Origin: an uncultured Verrucomicrobiae bacterium
GTDB taxonomy: Bacteria > Chlamydiota > Chlamydiia > Chlamydiales > Rhabdochlamydiaceae
NCBI GenBank assembly: GCA_963718565.1
Contig: OY970364.1
Location: forward strand, 64,001-128,000
Direction: 5' to 3'
DNA length: 64,000 bases
Position 1 is the stretch's first letter. Every line of letters begins with the position of its first letter. Below, piece after piece: positions 21,553 through 31,738 of the stretch. Below the pieces are notes generated by a model. That model did no database searches. It saw only the letters and a program-made list of their open reading frames with translations, and was not told the origin of the DNA. The translations under genes were made by a program, and so were the position numbers.

Positions 21553-22452
21553 CTAGCCTCCACTTTGATTTACACCCGTCAATTCTGCAACTGCTTTAGC
21601 AACATCATCTCCCTCTGTAATGCTGCAGTGTCCATGATTAGGCACAAAAGCATAGCGTGCTTTTTGATTGACTACCTTCATCAAAGTGGAATCATAATTC
21701 GGTACCAGCCAGTCATGGGGCGAGGCAATAAATGTATATTCGCGTATCCATCTAGTTGACATCTCGTTCCATTCTTTATTCAAGCATTGATTGCGTAAGG
21801 AGTCTATGGGCATTTCCTCTGCAATGGGTTGTGACATTAGCGGCGACAGTCTTAAGGCGTTGGCCAAATTCACTAAAGAAGATCCATTACCCGCCCCAAC
21901 AATTGATACAGAATGCAATTTTTTAAGATGCGATGGATGACGGGTATTGCTTTTTGACAACTCAATTTCAAGGGCGCGTGCAATGCGTGCGCCATTGGAT
22001 ATTCCTATTAAGACCAACTCTTTTTCACCCGGAGTATTGGCCCATTTTACAATCTTTTCGAAAATAGGTTTTACCGTAAGATCGAGTTTGGCGTGTCCTT
22101 TTTCGTTAACACGAGGGATAAAAATATCTGTTTCCGAAAGTGTCTTTTTTTGCATTTCGTCGGCAATCTTTTTAAATTGCAAAGGGTCATCACCAAGGCC
22201 GTGTATGCAAACAATGAGTCTTTTTTTTGTAAAGTCCTTGTTTTGAGCATTTATCAATGATTCCCATTGCTTTTCAGCTTGATGCATACTCCGATTTATC
22301 TTGTTGAAAACCCCGATCAAAAAATTTCCACAACTTCGAATGAAGTCGATAACCTTTTTTATTGTATGAGTCTGCTCGTAATAATCAATGCAAGAACGTG
22401 GATTGTCAAAGAATGCAACGCCATGAATTAATGATGTTGGCTTTATAGTCAT
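21553..22452 (-). CDS. Alpha/beta hydrolase (lipase/serine esterase-like)
   Basis: Motifs CIHGLG, GISNG nucleophile elbow, DWLVP and HGH. Confidence 0.7.
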   Translation of the reverse strand: MTIKPTSLIHGVAFFDNPRSCIDYYEQTHTIKKVIDFIRSCGNFLIGVFNKINRSMHQAEKQWESLINAQNKDFTKKRLIVCIHGLGDDPLQFKKIADEMQKKTLSETDIFIPRVNEKGHAKLDLTVKPIFEKIVKWANTPGEKELVLIGISNGARIARALEIELSKSNTRHPSHLKKLHSVSIVGAGNGSSLVNLANALRLSPLMSQPIAEEMPIDSLRNQCLNKEWNEMSTRWIREYTFIASPHDWLVPNYDSTLMKVVNQKARYAFVPNHGHCSITEGDDVAKAVAELTGVNQSGG

Positions 22453-22557
22453 TATTTAAATTTCTCCTCTGAATGATATGTTTTGTATTAAAGAGAGTAA
22501 GTTTAGAACATAAGAAAGATAAAGTCCAATAATTGCGTCAAATGAAACAGCCTCTGA

Positions 22558-22687
22558 TCGTACGTCCTTAAAAACTCATGGCAAAAGTTGAAGACCATTT
22601 TGATCCATGCCAAACTTACCACTTATCGATCTTGATTGGGCACGGATCGAAATGGTCTTCAACTTTTGCCAGAGTCTTCAAGGAAGT
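22558..22687. repeat. Palindromic repeat element, family A, copy 1
   Basis: ~45-bp imperfect arms; the first 54 bp are identical to 30744-30797. Confidence 0.85.
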
Positions 22688-23089
22688 TAATGTACGTGCT
22701 ACCAGTCAAGGTGTGGCCGGAGAAGCCAAGGAACAGCTGAATAGCTTAAGGGTTGAAGGCAAACAGCTGCGACAGCAATGCATTGAAGCGGGATTGGTTG
22801 GTTTTATCAGCTTGGAAGCATGTTGGTAAGGCAGAGGTGCATGAACTATACTATTCATGATTGGATTCTGTAAAATTTTAAATTTCCCTAAAAAATATTT
22901 CAGCGATAGTGGATAATGCTTCTATGCAAAAGTTGTCCAATGAGCAGCGTTTATATTTAGAACAGCTTGTAAAAAAAACAAGAGATGTCAACGAACGGAA
23001 CCGTGTATGCGTCATTTTAGGTAGGGATGATTGCCACAGTCCAGGGGAAATAGCGGCGATTTTAAGAATTAGCGAGTCGTCCGTTTATG

Positions 23090-24390
23090 CAGGGCCATTT
23101 AACTAAAATGTTTTGACATTTTCGAACAGAAAAATGTTGCCAAAATTCCCTTTAAGTACCCACCACCGAAAGTTGCTGCGCGCCTTACGGAGGCGAGCCC
23201 CCTTTCTGGATCTACAACTGCAGCCATGTTCATAGCCAAACGTCGAAACAACCCCATGTTCTCCGCACTATTCCCTCTATCCGTCAATGCATAATCCTCT
23301 TCAAAAATCACATCAGCTACCCAATGGCATTTGTTTTCTATGCTCCAGTGCTGTCGGGTCCATTTAGCAAAATCTTTGGCAGATGCTCGACGACTCGAAA
23401 TATATAGCCGTCTAAATACCTCATTGGCAGTAGATCCAAGTTTTTGCCTCGTGGACCTTACTTCGATGAGACAGACTAAGTTTTTCCATTTGCCCGCATT
23501 TGGCAACCAGTCCAGGTCCTCGACGACTCGTACTTCTCGAATGTCGATTCGACCATGGCCTTTATCTACTTCCTGGTGAAACGAATGGGGGACTTCCTCC
23601 CATTCGACTGCGTGAGCTTGATCAAAAAAATTCTCCATTTCAGCGCACAGCGTTGGCTGGTTGTCCTTAACAGCCAGCAGATAATCTGCCTTCGCATCAA
23701 CGATTTGTTCTGCCGATTCGGCTACGGTGAAATGTGCATCTCCTGAAATAATCGCCCCCTCTACATTCACTTGCTCCAAAATGATTGGTAACGTGCTCTT
23801 TTCGACTGTTTTATTTGGGACCTTTTCCACGGCAAGACATAATCGATCCTCCGCTGCGAATAGCTCCACTACGTGTGTGACACCGCCTAGGAAATTTGCG
23901 CCTTTCATCCGTTTACCATCGATCGCCAATAGCTGATCGCGCAATGAAGCAGGAATTTTGCTGAACCATTTTTGCAAGTAGTGCTTGAGCGCACCAGGGG
24001 GTGTTTTCACTAAAAACCACCAGAGCGCTCCATGGGAAGGTGCTGAGAGCTCCTCACCTAGCAGAGAAGAAAACCACTCCTCCTGCAGAGAAACATATTC
24101 AGCGATTTCCTCAATCGTATTGCATCCACAAAAGAATCCGCAGAGAATAACAAGAGTCAAATACCAAACTGGATATAAGACACGTTTTTGATTACGTCGA
24201 TAATCAGGGAAATCTGCAAACTCTCCCTTGACGGTTTCCGCGAATACACGGGCATCAAAATTCTTACTAGCTTCTAGGATTGTGGCGTCGATTGGCTTAC
24301 GGCGTGACATAATAGGTCCTCCAAATTTGAGGAATTTATTATGCCATCTTAGCTGATCTGGTATCAAAAATTTTTAGTTAAATGGCCCTG
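23090..24390 (-). mobile_element. ISAs1-family IS, copy 1 (1301 bp)
   Basis: 19-bp perfect TIR cagggccatttaactaaaa; 10-bp TSD tccgtttatg at 23080-89 and 24391-400. Confidence 0.95.
23099..24310 (-). CDS. ISAs1-family transposase
   Basis: Motifs AIDGK, SGDAHF, DYLLAVKDNQPTL, DKGHGRID and RQHWSIENKCHW.AD..F.ED. Confidence 0.93.
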   Translation of the reverse strand: MSRRKPIDATILEASKNFDARVFAETVKGEFADFPDYRRNQKRVLYPVWYLTLVILCGFFCGCNTIEEIAEYVSLQEEWFSSLLGEELSAPSHGALWWFLVKTPPGALKHYLQKWFSKIPASLRDQLLAIDGKRMKGANFLGGVTHVVELFAAEDRLCLAVEKVPNKTVEKSTLPIILEQVNVEGAIISGDAHFTVAESAEQIVDAKADYLLAVKDNQPTLCAEMENFFDQAHAVEWEEVPHSFHQEVDKGHGRIDIREVRVVEDLDWLPNAGKWKNLVCLIEVRSTRQKLGSTANEVFRRLYISSRRASAKDFAKWTRQHWSIENKCHWVADVIFEEDYALTDRGNSAENMGLFRRLAMNMAAVVDPERGLASVRRAATFGGGYLKGILATFFCSKMSKHFS

Positions 24391-25281
24391 TCCGTTTATG
24401 ATTATCAAAGAGAATACGATGCCAAGCAAAAAACTATCAATGGTCCACATTTGGGAAAGGCCTCCAAGTTAACCCTAGACCAAGAAGATGCGCTGAGGAG
24501 ACATTTGAGTCAAATAACGTATCTCAAAATGAGCAAAATTTGTCTCTACGTTCTAGACGCATATCAAGTGAAATACACTGTGGCTGGTATGACAAATTGG
24601 TTGAAGAGGCATGGATTTGTTTATAAACATCCAATCAAAGTACCAGGAAAGCTCGATCCCGAAAAACAAGCTGCGTTCCTTAAAAAATACAATGAATTGA
24701 AAGCCGGTCTCCAAGAAGGCGAGAAAATTTTCTTTGGAGATGCTGTACACCCTGAGTATCAGAGCCAGTCTGTGGCTGGGTGGATCCTAAAAAACGAAAT
24801 AAAGACATTAGGAACAACCGCTAAGCAAGAGCGATTGCATTTTATTGGTGCCATTGAATTGACTGCAATGCAAGTCGTGACGAAGGAATATAGCACTGTG
24901 GATGCTGCAAGTGCGGTCGATTTTCTCCAAACGTTAGCGGCTAATACAGATGCAAAAAAAATCCACTTAATCTTAGACAACGGCAGATCAAACAAGAATA
25001 AGGAAGTGCAAAAATATTTGGATAGCCAAACCAAAATTCAAATACACTACTTACCTCCGTATTCCCCAAATTTGAATGCTATTGAGCGTTTATGGAAAGT
25101 TATGAGAGAGTGTGTTACTTATAATACACTGTATTCAAAATTCAATGAATTTACTGAGAAAATTAGAGATTTTTTCAACACTGGCGTTATTAATTTAAAA
25201 GACATGCTGAAAAAGCGAATTAACGACAATTTCCAAACAATTGAACTCAATCCTCTCCAGACTTCAATTTTCTAGAGTATA

Positions 25282-25437
25282 TACTATTCATGATTGGATT
25301 CTGTAAAATTTTAAATTTCCCTAAAAAATATTTCAGCGATAGTGGATAATGCTTCTATGCAAGAGTTGTCCAATGAGCAGCGTTTATATTTAGAACAGCT
25401 TGTAAAAAAAACAAGAGATGTCAACGAACGGAACCGT
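25282..25437 (+). mobile_element. Truncated second IS630 copy (left end only), head-to-tail with the first
   Basis: 156 bp near-identical to 22849-23004 (one substitution seen), separated from the first copy's right end by TA. Confidence 0.88.
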
Positions 25438-25517
25438 TGTCTAGCATTTGGGCTACCGATCCAAGATCGGAAGATCGATGAAAATGCAATCGCTAACAGG
25501 AGAGCCGAATAAAAACA

Positions 25518-26435
25518 ATGAAAGGGATTATTCTCGCAGGTGGACAAGGAACTCGGCTTTATCCGGTCACATTGAGCACATGTAAGCAACTTTTGCCTGT
25601 TTACGACAAGCCGATGATTTATTACCCGTTATCCGTTCTGATGATGTCGGGAATTCAGGAAATTTTGATCATTTCGACCCTCGAAGATCTTCCTCGTTTT
25701 AGGCAATTGTTCCATGATGGAGTCCATCTTGGATTAAGCATTTCTTATGCTGTGCAAGAAAGACCAGAAGGAATTGCCCAAGCCTTTTTGATTGGCGAAG
25801 ATTTTATCGGCGATGACAATGTCGCTCTCATTTTAGGCGACAACATTTTCTACGGACACCACCTTTCATCCTTAGTTTCTTCTTGTCGTTTTCTGGAGAA
25901 AGGAGCGATCATTTTTGGGTATGAGGTCAAAGATCCGCAACGCTATGGGATTGTCGAGTTCGATGACACAGGCAAAGTGACAGCCATTGTTGAAAAGCCC
26001 CAATTTCCTAAATCCAATTTTGCAGTCACAGGACTCTATTTTTATGACAATGACGTCATCGACATTGCCCGTCATTTAAAACCTTCAAAGCGTGGAGAAT
26101 ACGAGATTACTGATGTCAATCGGGTCTATCTTGAGCGGGGCGATCTGAACTTACGCCTGTTTGATCGAGGTTTTGCCTGGTTGGATACTGGCACACACTC
26201 TTCATTACAACAGGCTTCCAACTATGTGCAAACACTCCAAGAAAGACAAGGCATCAGTATTGCATGCCTAGAAGAGATCGCCTATAAAATGGGTTTTATT
26301 TCTCGTGAGGAACTCGAAAAGCGCGTTGCACTCCTTTTGAAAAGCGATTATGGCCAATACTTAAAACAGATGATCGAGCGGGATATACTGCGCCTCCGTC
26401 ATCATGCTGCTCCAGCGATCACGAACTTTTCTTGA
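25518..26435 (+). CDS. rfbA: Glucose-1-phosphate thymidylyltransferase
   Basis: Motifs [37 protein letters not shown] and WLDTGT. Confidence 0.96.
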   Translation: MKGIILAGGQGTRLYPVTLSTCKQLLPVYDKPMIYYPLSVLMMSGIQEILIISTLEDLPRFRQLFHDGVHLGLSISYAVQERPEGIAQAFLIGEDFIGDDNVALILGDNIFYGHHLSSLVSSCRFLEKGAIIFGYEVKDPQRYGIVEFDDTGKVTAIVEKPQFPKSNFAVTGLYFYDNDVIDIARHLKPSKRGEYEITDVNRVYLERGDLNLRLFDRGFAWLDTGTHSSLQQASNYVQTLQERQGISIACLEEIAYKMGFISREELEKRVALLLKSDYGQYLKQMIERDILRLRHHAAPAITNFS

Positions 26436-27330
26436 AAAATTTTGTCCGTTGGCGCTTCTTAAACGGCATCACGCCCTGTTTTCCATAGACAACCTCATGC
26501 AAGTCTTCGATTGCCATGAAAGCGGTTGGATCTACCCGCAGGACAATTTCTTTCAGCTCAGATAAGTCTAAACGCTCGATGATCACAAAGAGAATTTCAC
26601 GCGTATCTCCAGAAAATCCTCCTTTGCCATGCATAATTGTTAGGCCGAGCCCTAGTTCATTCATGATGGCGTTGCCTAATTCTTTAGGTTTGGAAGAGAT
26701 GATGAGCGCGGATTTCAGTTCATCGAGTCCCACAATGACAAGATCGATCATTTTGAACGCCACGATGTAGGTCATGAGTGAACGCAAAGCGATGTGCCAA
26801 TCATGGAAAATCCAGCCATAAGCCGCAAAAATAAAGACATTGATAAAGAGGACAACTTGGCCGACGGTGAATCCTGTGCGTCGGTTAATTAAGATCGCTA
26901 AAATTTCTGTACCGTCTAAGCACCCGCCATGGCGGATGATGAGCCCAACGCCAATCCCTAAAATTGCGCCGCCAAAGACAATAATTTCCAAAGGATCCCC
27001 AATGAATGCTGGAGTTGTACGCAAAAGCATTAAAAATCCTGCGAACAAAAATACTGCGACGAGCATGTGGAGTACAAACGAACGGCGGATATACGTGAAG
27101 GCCCAATAAATAAATGGGATGTTTAGCAAAATCATCACATAGGAGAGATAGTTGTCGCCGTAAAGACGAGAGATAATCAAAGCAATACCGACGACGCCTC
27201 CATCGATCAATTGATTGGGAAAAAGAAAGATGCGGATAGCAACTGCAGCCAAAAATGCGCCCAAGGCGAGCCAAAAAAACGTCACGACGTAATGGAGATA
27301 GGTCTTAGCTGTTGTCTGAGAACCCGGCAT
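26419..27330 (-). CDS. YitT-family membrane protein
   Basis: Motifs [30 protein letters not shown] and VDPTAF. ATG at 27330 chosen because the longer ORF start lies inside a repeat. Confidence 0.88.
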   Translation of the reverse strand: MPGSQTTAKTYLHYVVTFFWLALGAFLAAVAIRIFLFPNQLIDGGVVGIALIISRLYGDNYLSYVMILLNIPFIYWAFTYIRRSFVLHMLVAVFLFAGFLMLLRTTPAFIGDPLEIIVFGGAILGIGVGLIIRHGGCLDGTEILAILINRRTGFTVGQVVLFINVFIFAAYGWIFHDWHIALRSLMTYIVAFKMIDLVIVGLDELKSALIISSKPKELGNAIMNELGLGLTIMHGKGGFSGDTREILFVIIERLDLSELKEIVLRVDPTAFMAIEDLHEVVYGKQGVMPFKKRQRTKFFKKSS

Positions 27331-27351
27331 AAACAATACACCCAATATAAC

Positions 27352-27462
27352 GAGGGAATTGCAAAACTCTTCGCCGCCGCCAACCGAACCCGCTGTGCGG
27401 GTTCTGGCAACAGGTGCCAAGATCATCGATTTTCTACTGGCGAGGAGTTTTGCAATTCCCTC
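27352..27462. mobile_element. MITE-like element, family B (internally deleted copy)
   Basis: 24-bp TIR gagggaattgcaaaactc(t/c)tcgcc with 1 mismatch; interior matches 49735-49803 in reverse orientation. Confidence 0.85.
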
Positions 27463-27526
27463 TAATTTTCCAAGAATAACTTCTTTTTGCAGGATTGTAC
27501 AGAAAATTTAGTCGTGAAAAACTGCA

Positions 27527-27565
27527 GAGGGAATTGCAAAACTCTTCGCCGCATAAAATCGCGCT
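27527..27565. repeat. Family B MITE end fragment
   Basis: gagggaattgcaaaactcttcgccgcataaaatcgcgct is the near reverse complement of 49929-49967. Confidence 0.8.
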
Positions 27566-27579
27566 GTTTTAAGGGAATT

Positions 27580-27652
27580 TGGGCGCAACAGGACTCGAAC
27601 CTATGACCACCTGTGTGTAAGACAGGCGCTCTACCAACTGAGCTATACGCCC
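27580..27652 (-). tRNA. tRNA-Val(TAC)
   Basis: Cloverleaf gggcgta…tgcgccca; anticodon arm cctgt-ctTACac-acagg; T-loop ttcgag. Confidence 0.95.
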
Positions 27653-27953
27653 GATGCGAAAAAAGGCATAGCTTAAAGCGCATTGCGATTTTTCTCAAGC
27701 GCTTTTCATCCGCCCTTCCTCTCGAAGGGCCGGGGTTTTCGTGATCTCCATACTCAATAAATAACAGATATTTGCTCATTTTTAATAACTTTAGTTTTAA
27801 AACATTAAAGTAAATAATTTAATTGTTATTAAATTTATTTAATAAATTGTCCACAACATGCTATTTTGATGTTGTTTAATGTTGAAAAAATATTAATTAT
27901 TGTAATATAATATAATTACTTGTGAGATAAAATTTTTTTTTAGGAGAAAACCT

Positions 27954-30644
27954 ATGGCGATTTCAACGGTCAATAGCGGAAGAGTTAATTTTGAAATGGC
28001 TAATCAACTTTTTCACTCCGTCGCTCTGCCCAATCAACAGACTATTCCTGATGAGTATGACGCATTGCAATCTTATCTCGATGAACTCAATCCAGGCAGC
28101 AGAAATTACGGTACCTTACCTGAACACCGGAAAATAACTTTGGAGAAAAAGATTAGCCAGCTTTTTAAAGAGATCGAACTCAAATTGCATCCCATCCATT
28201 TAAGCACCTCTGAAATCCTCAAAAACCAATACGATGCAGTTCAAGCGTTGATGCGGGGATTGCCTTCTTTGTCCTCCCCTAAGCAATTTCATTTGGCGAT
28301 AAAAGAACTACACCCTGAACTTCAGCAAAAAATCTATTACGCAGCTTGGCTCGCTTCAGGCGCTAATCCTGTAAACCGGTCTGGTCATACAGATCTTGAA
28401 ACTCCTGGAATATTGCAACGAAAGTTTCCGCCGTTATTTGCTTTTATGGAAGGAACCTTGCTAGAGCAGATTTCTGCGGACCTCTGGATGGAACATCAAC
28501 GGGCTCTACATCAAGAAAATGGTGAACAACAGCAGTTGGAACATTTGACTCAGCAAAGAGACAACGATAAAAAGATCATTTTTGAAACTCTTTTTAAGGA
28601 GATCAAAACCAATAATTTTCAAATGCAAGCGCTTTTCGATACCTTACCTAATAGTGTAAAAACCCAAGTTCCACAACCGCCTTATTATGGCCGCGGTTTT
28701 GATCCTGAACTTTATAACACCCTTGGTGCCCATTATGACAACACGACGGGAAAGACGATGTTTCGCGTCTACGCTCCCCATGCACGCGAGATCAAGTTAA
28801 ATTTAACGGCCTGGGGCAATGTTGAGCACACCCTCCAGATGATTAAAAAAGAAGACGGGGTATGGGAAGTTCAGACTGGGGACGCCAAACCAGGGCGGTC
28901 TTATCATTTTATGATCGTTGGCAAGAATGGCGGTGCGCCTTTTAAAAAAATCGATCCCTTTGCCTTTGGCAACATCATTCATCGTCGTGAGCCGCCAGGC
29001 AATCATGAATCGATCGTGCGCGACATTCATAAAGAATTTAACTGGACGGATAATTCTTGGATCACCACCGATCGCGTGAAGATCAATCCAGCAAAAACCC
29101 CAATAGTCATTTATGAAATTCATCCCCCCACATGGAAAAAACAGACAAACGGCAACCCGCTGAATTGGCGCGATCTCGCAGTTGAGCTCAGCAACTATTG
29201 TAAAGACATCGGTTATACCCATGTCGAATTGATGGCCCTGTTAGAGCATCCGCAGCCAGTTTCTATGGGATATCAAGTCACGAGCTTTTTCACACCGAAT
29301 AGTGACATGGGTTCCATCGAAGATCTCCAATACTTTGTGAATTATCTTCACGAACAAAAAATCGGTGTGATTGCAGATTGGATACCTGCCCACTTTGCCA
29401 TCGATGAATTTAGTCTATGTTCTTTTGACGGCACTCCGCTTTTTGAAGATGATAATCCCCATTTCGCGAGCCACCCTGAGTGGGGAACTTATGAGTTTGA
29501 TTTCAAAAAACAGTTTACTAAAGATTTCTTAGGATCCAACCTCGAGTACATCTTACGCGAGTTTCACTTTGATGCCGTCAGGGTTGATGGTGTGCAATCG
29601 ATGCTTAACCTCAGCTATGGAAGAAAAGGAGGATCTCGAGTCAATACATTGGGGACTGAGCACAACTTGGATGCCAAAACTTGGTTACGAAACATCAATA
29701 CTTTTGTCCATAATAAACATCCTGGAGTGCTTATGATTGCTGAAGAAGCAGGGGGGTTTCCGAATCTTACACGCCCTGTGACAGAAAGAGGGGTTCACAC
29801 AAACACTCGTGGTGTCGGCTTTGATCTGACATGGCATATGTGGTTCATGACTAAGGTTTTGGATTATTTCTCAATACCACCTCATTTAAGGACCTTCTCT
29901 TATGACTTGTTTAGCTCCACTATCAAAGATGTCGATTACAGCGAAGATTGCCGTCCCCGAGGACACGTCGTCCTTGCGTTCTCGCATGATGAATTTAAAC
30001 AGCAAAAAGGATCGCCTTATGCCAAAATGGGAGGACGTTCCGCTTATGAAAAATTTGCTAGTGCTCGCGTTTGGCTCGCCTATCACATTTTTAGAGGCGG
30101 CGGAGGCTTTTTGGACTTTATGGGTACTCCTATCCTCCAAACAGAAGAGTGGCACTGGCGTTTGATCAGAGGCCTTACGGCTGTTCAGTGGGAACTACTC
30201 TATCCAAGCAATCCTGACCATAAATACCATATCGGTGTCCGTGAGAGTCGCAAAGCTTTACTCCGTCTTTATCGCGATAATCCAGGATTGCAGGACCAAA
30301 CAGATGCGGGTATTTCTTGGATCGATGGGAAGGATTCTGAGAATTGCGTGCTCAGCATCCATCGCAGAGGGGGCAATCAACAATTTGCCTGCATCTTCAA
30401 CACCTCTGATAGAGATCTCCAAGATTATATGATTCCTTTGCCTAATGCTTCCTATGCTCCAGAATTGGACAGGCTCGTCGGGATTAAAGAAGTGTATAAT
30501 ACGGATGATGTTGCTTTTGGCGGAGAAGGAAGATTAAATGCCTCTGTTGAGATTATTCGTGATTCGTACTCAAATCGCCCTACGCACTTAAGATTGCGCC
30601 TCCCTCCCTGCACTGCAGTTGTGTTGGAAGAGCAATTTTCTTAA
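27954..30644 (+). CDS. glgB: 1,4-alpha-glucan branching enzyme (GH13) with a ~250-aa N-terminal extension
   Basis: Motifs LGAH, FRVYAPHA, IYEIH, GYTHVELM, DWIPAHF, RVDGV, IAEE and SHDE. Confidence 0.85.
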   Translation: MAISTVNSGRVNFEMANQLFHSVALPNQQTIPDEYDALQSYLDELNPGSRNYGTLPEHRKITLEKKISQLFKEIELKLHPIHLSTSEILKNQYDAVQALMRGLPSLSSPKQFHLAIKELHPELQQKIYYAAWLASGANPVNRSGHTDLETPGILQRKFPPLFAFMEGTLLEQISADLWMEHQRALHQENGEQQQLEHLTQQRDNDKKIIFETLFKEIKTNNFQMQALFDTLPNSVKTQVPQPPYYGRGFDPELYNTLGAHYDNTTGKTMFRVYAPHAREIKLNLTAWGNVEHTLQMIKKEDGVWEVQTGDAKPGRSYHFMIVGKNGGAPFKKIDPFAFGNIIHRREPPGNHESIVRDIHKEFNWTDNSWITTDRVKINPAKTPIVIYEIHPPTWKKQTNGNPLNWRDLAVELSNYCKDIGYTHVELMALLEHPQPVSMGYQVTSFFTPNSDMGSIEDLQYFVNYLHEQKIGVIADWIPAHFAIDEFSLCSFDGTPLFEDDNPHFASHPEWGTYEFDFKKQFTKDFLGSNLEYILREFHFDAVRVDGVQSMLNLSYGRKGGSRVNTLGTEHNLDAKTWLRNINTFVHNKHPGVLMIAEEAGGFPNLTRPVTERGVHTNTRGVGFDLTWHMWFMTKVLDYFSIPPHLRTFSYDLFSSTIKDVDYSEDCRPRGHVVLAFSHDEFKQQKGSPYAKMGGRSAYEKFASARVWLAYHIFRGGGGFLDFMGTPILQTEEWHWRLIRGLTAVQWELLYPSNPDHKYHIGVRESRKALLRLYRDNPGLQDQTDAGISWIDGKDSENCVLSIHRRGGNQQFACIFNTSDRDLQDYMIPLPNASYAPELDRLVGIKEVYNTDDVAFGGEGRLNASVEIIRDSYSNRPTHLRLRLPPCTAVVLEEQFS

Positions 30645-30745
30645 AACAGTTTCTTTTCCCAAAAGTGGTTGAAAAGCCCCTTTTTGTTTTTTAGAATCAA
30701 TTATAAGAGGGAATTGCAAAACTAACGCGAAAAGGACATTTTTTC

Positions 30746-30876
30746 GTACGTCCTTAAAAACTCATGGCAAAAGTTGAAGACCATTTTGATCCATGCCTGA
30801 TTGAGATCGATAAATGCAAAGCCTGGCATGGATCCAAATGATATTCAGTGCTTGCCATAGGTTTTTGAGGATGTAC
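30746..30876. repeat. Palindromic repeat element, family A, copy 2 (nested in the IS remnant)
   Basis: gtacgtccttaaaaac…gtttttgaggatgtac with ~52-bp imperfect arms. Confidence 0.85.
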
Positions 30877-31156
30877 ATTTTTTCGGGGTCTTATTTGCTA
30901 AAACCTGTTTCAGACCCGAAAAACCATCCTTAGTTGTAACAAGCTGCTGCTGCTTTTCCGTCAACGGATCAAGCTGTTCTTCCAGCTGAGGAAAAAGTGT
31001 TTCTTGAATTTTGCTCCAATACTGTGATAACGTAGCTGCCAATTGACTCATTTGAGTTGTCCCTTTGGCTGATGTGGTTTGTTTTCCAAGAAGATATCAT
31101 ATCAGCCATAAGGATTTTTGCATTGGTAAATGGAGGCAGAATCGCAGCCATTTTTC

Positions 31157-31269
31157 GAGCGAATTGCGAGATTGACAAAATGGGGTGATTTCCTGGGGGA
31201 GATTAAGCTGATTAGCTAAATAATTTCCCCCAGGAAATCACCCCGTTTTGTTAGTTTTGCAATTCGCTC
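31157..31269. repeat. ~49-bp-arm hairpin with family-B-like termini
   Basis: gagcgaattgc…ggggtgatttcctggggga / tcccccaggaaatcacccc…gcaattcgctc. Confidence 0.85.
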
Positions 31270-31300
31270 ATAAAATAAGCCTAAAACTCAGGTTGGAAAA

Positions 31301-31738
31301 ATGAAGAAGCTCATGTGGGCATTTGTTCTCCTCTGCGGTTGTTCACCTAATTCTTCCGAAGAATTCCAGAGGGAAGGCGAGGCGCGCTGCCGTATGTTAG
31401 TCGTCGATTTGCAGAAGATTGAAAACCGCGAGCAACTTCTTCTTACAGAGCCGATCTTGAAAAAGCATTTCGAAGGACTGGTCGATCTCATGATCGAGGT
31501 TAGAGAATTTCAACAAAAGGGGATCGAAGATATTTCCAATGAGCTTCCCTTTGAAGAAAACGTCACAGAGGCTTCTTTAGAAAACGAGTTGAGAAGGATT
31601 TACGCAATAGAAGGAGGGCGTGAAATCATCGAACGCGCCCAGCAAGAAGCCCTTGTGAGATTGGATGCTTATGAGCGCGCCCTTGTTAAAAAAAGAGAAC
31701 AAAGAAAAAACTCATCAAATAACGATTTACGTTCCTGA
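31301..31738 (+). CDS. Putative lipoprotein
   Basis: MKK followed by a hydrophobic stretch and an LCGC lipobox. Confidence 0.7.
   Translation: MKKLMWAFVLLCGCSPNSSEEFQREGEARCRMLVVDLQKIENREQLLLTEPILKKHFEGLVDLMIEVREFQQKGIEDISNELPFEENVTEASLENELRRIYAIEGGREIIERAQQEALVRLDAYERALVKKREQRKNSSNNDLRS

Larger units (their letters stand above)
22924..25275 (+). pseudogene. IS630 transposase interrupted by ISAs1
   Basis: N-terminal HTH (…ISESSVY) joins DYQREY…; DDE motifs FGDAVHP, ILDNG and YSPNLNAIERLW. Confidence 0.88.
22849..25279 (+). mobile_element. IS630-family element with an ISAs1 inserted into its transposase
   Basis: Flanked by TA at 22847-48 and 25280-81. The transposase halves rejoin in frame when the ISAs1 and one TSD copy are removed. 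Confidence 0.85.
30707..31269 (-). mobile_element. Decayed IS remnant with family-B-type ends and a transposase N-terminal fragment
   Basis: Ends gagggaattgcaaaactaac / gttagttttgcaattcgctc. ORF 30845-31051 (SQYWSKIQETLFPQLEEQLDPLTEKQQQL) resembles the start of a DDE transposase. ATAA flanks both ends. Confidence 0.65.

Noticed and set aside
22578..22829. 83-aa ORF
   Set aside because: It starts within the family A palindrome and shows no motif.
24382..25275. Stand-alone 297-aa transposase
   Set aside because: Its ATG lies in the ISAs1 TIR; it is the 3' part of the interrupted IS630 gene.
27331..27779. N-terminal extension of YitT and ORF 27462-27779
   Set aside because: These frames run through the family B repeat and tRNA-Val.
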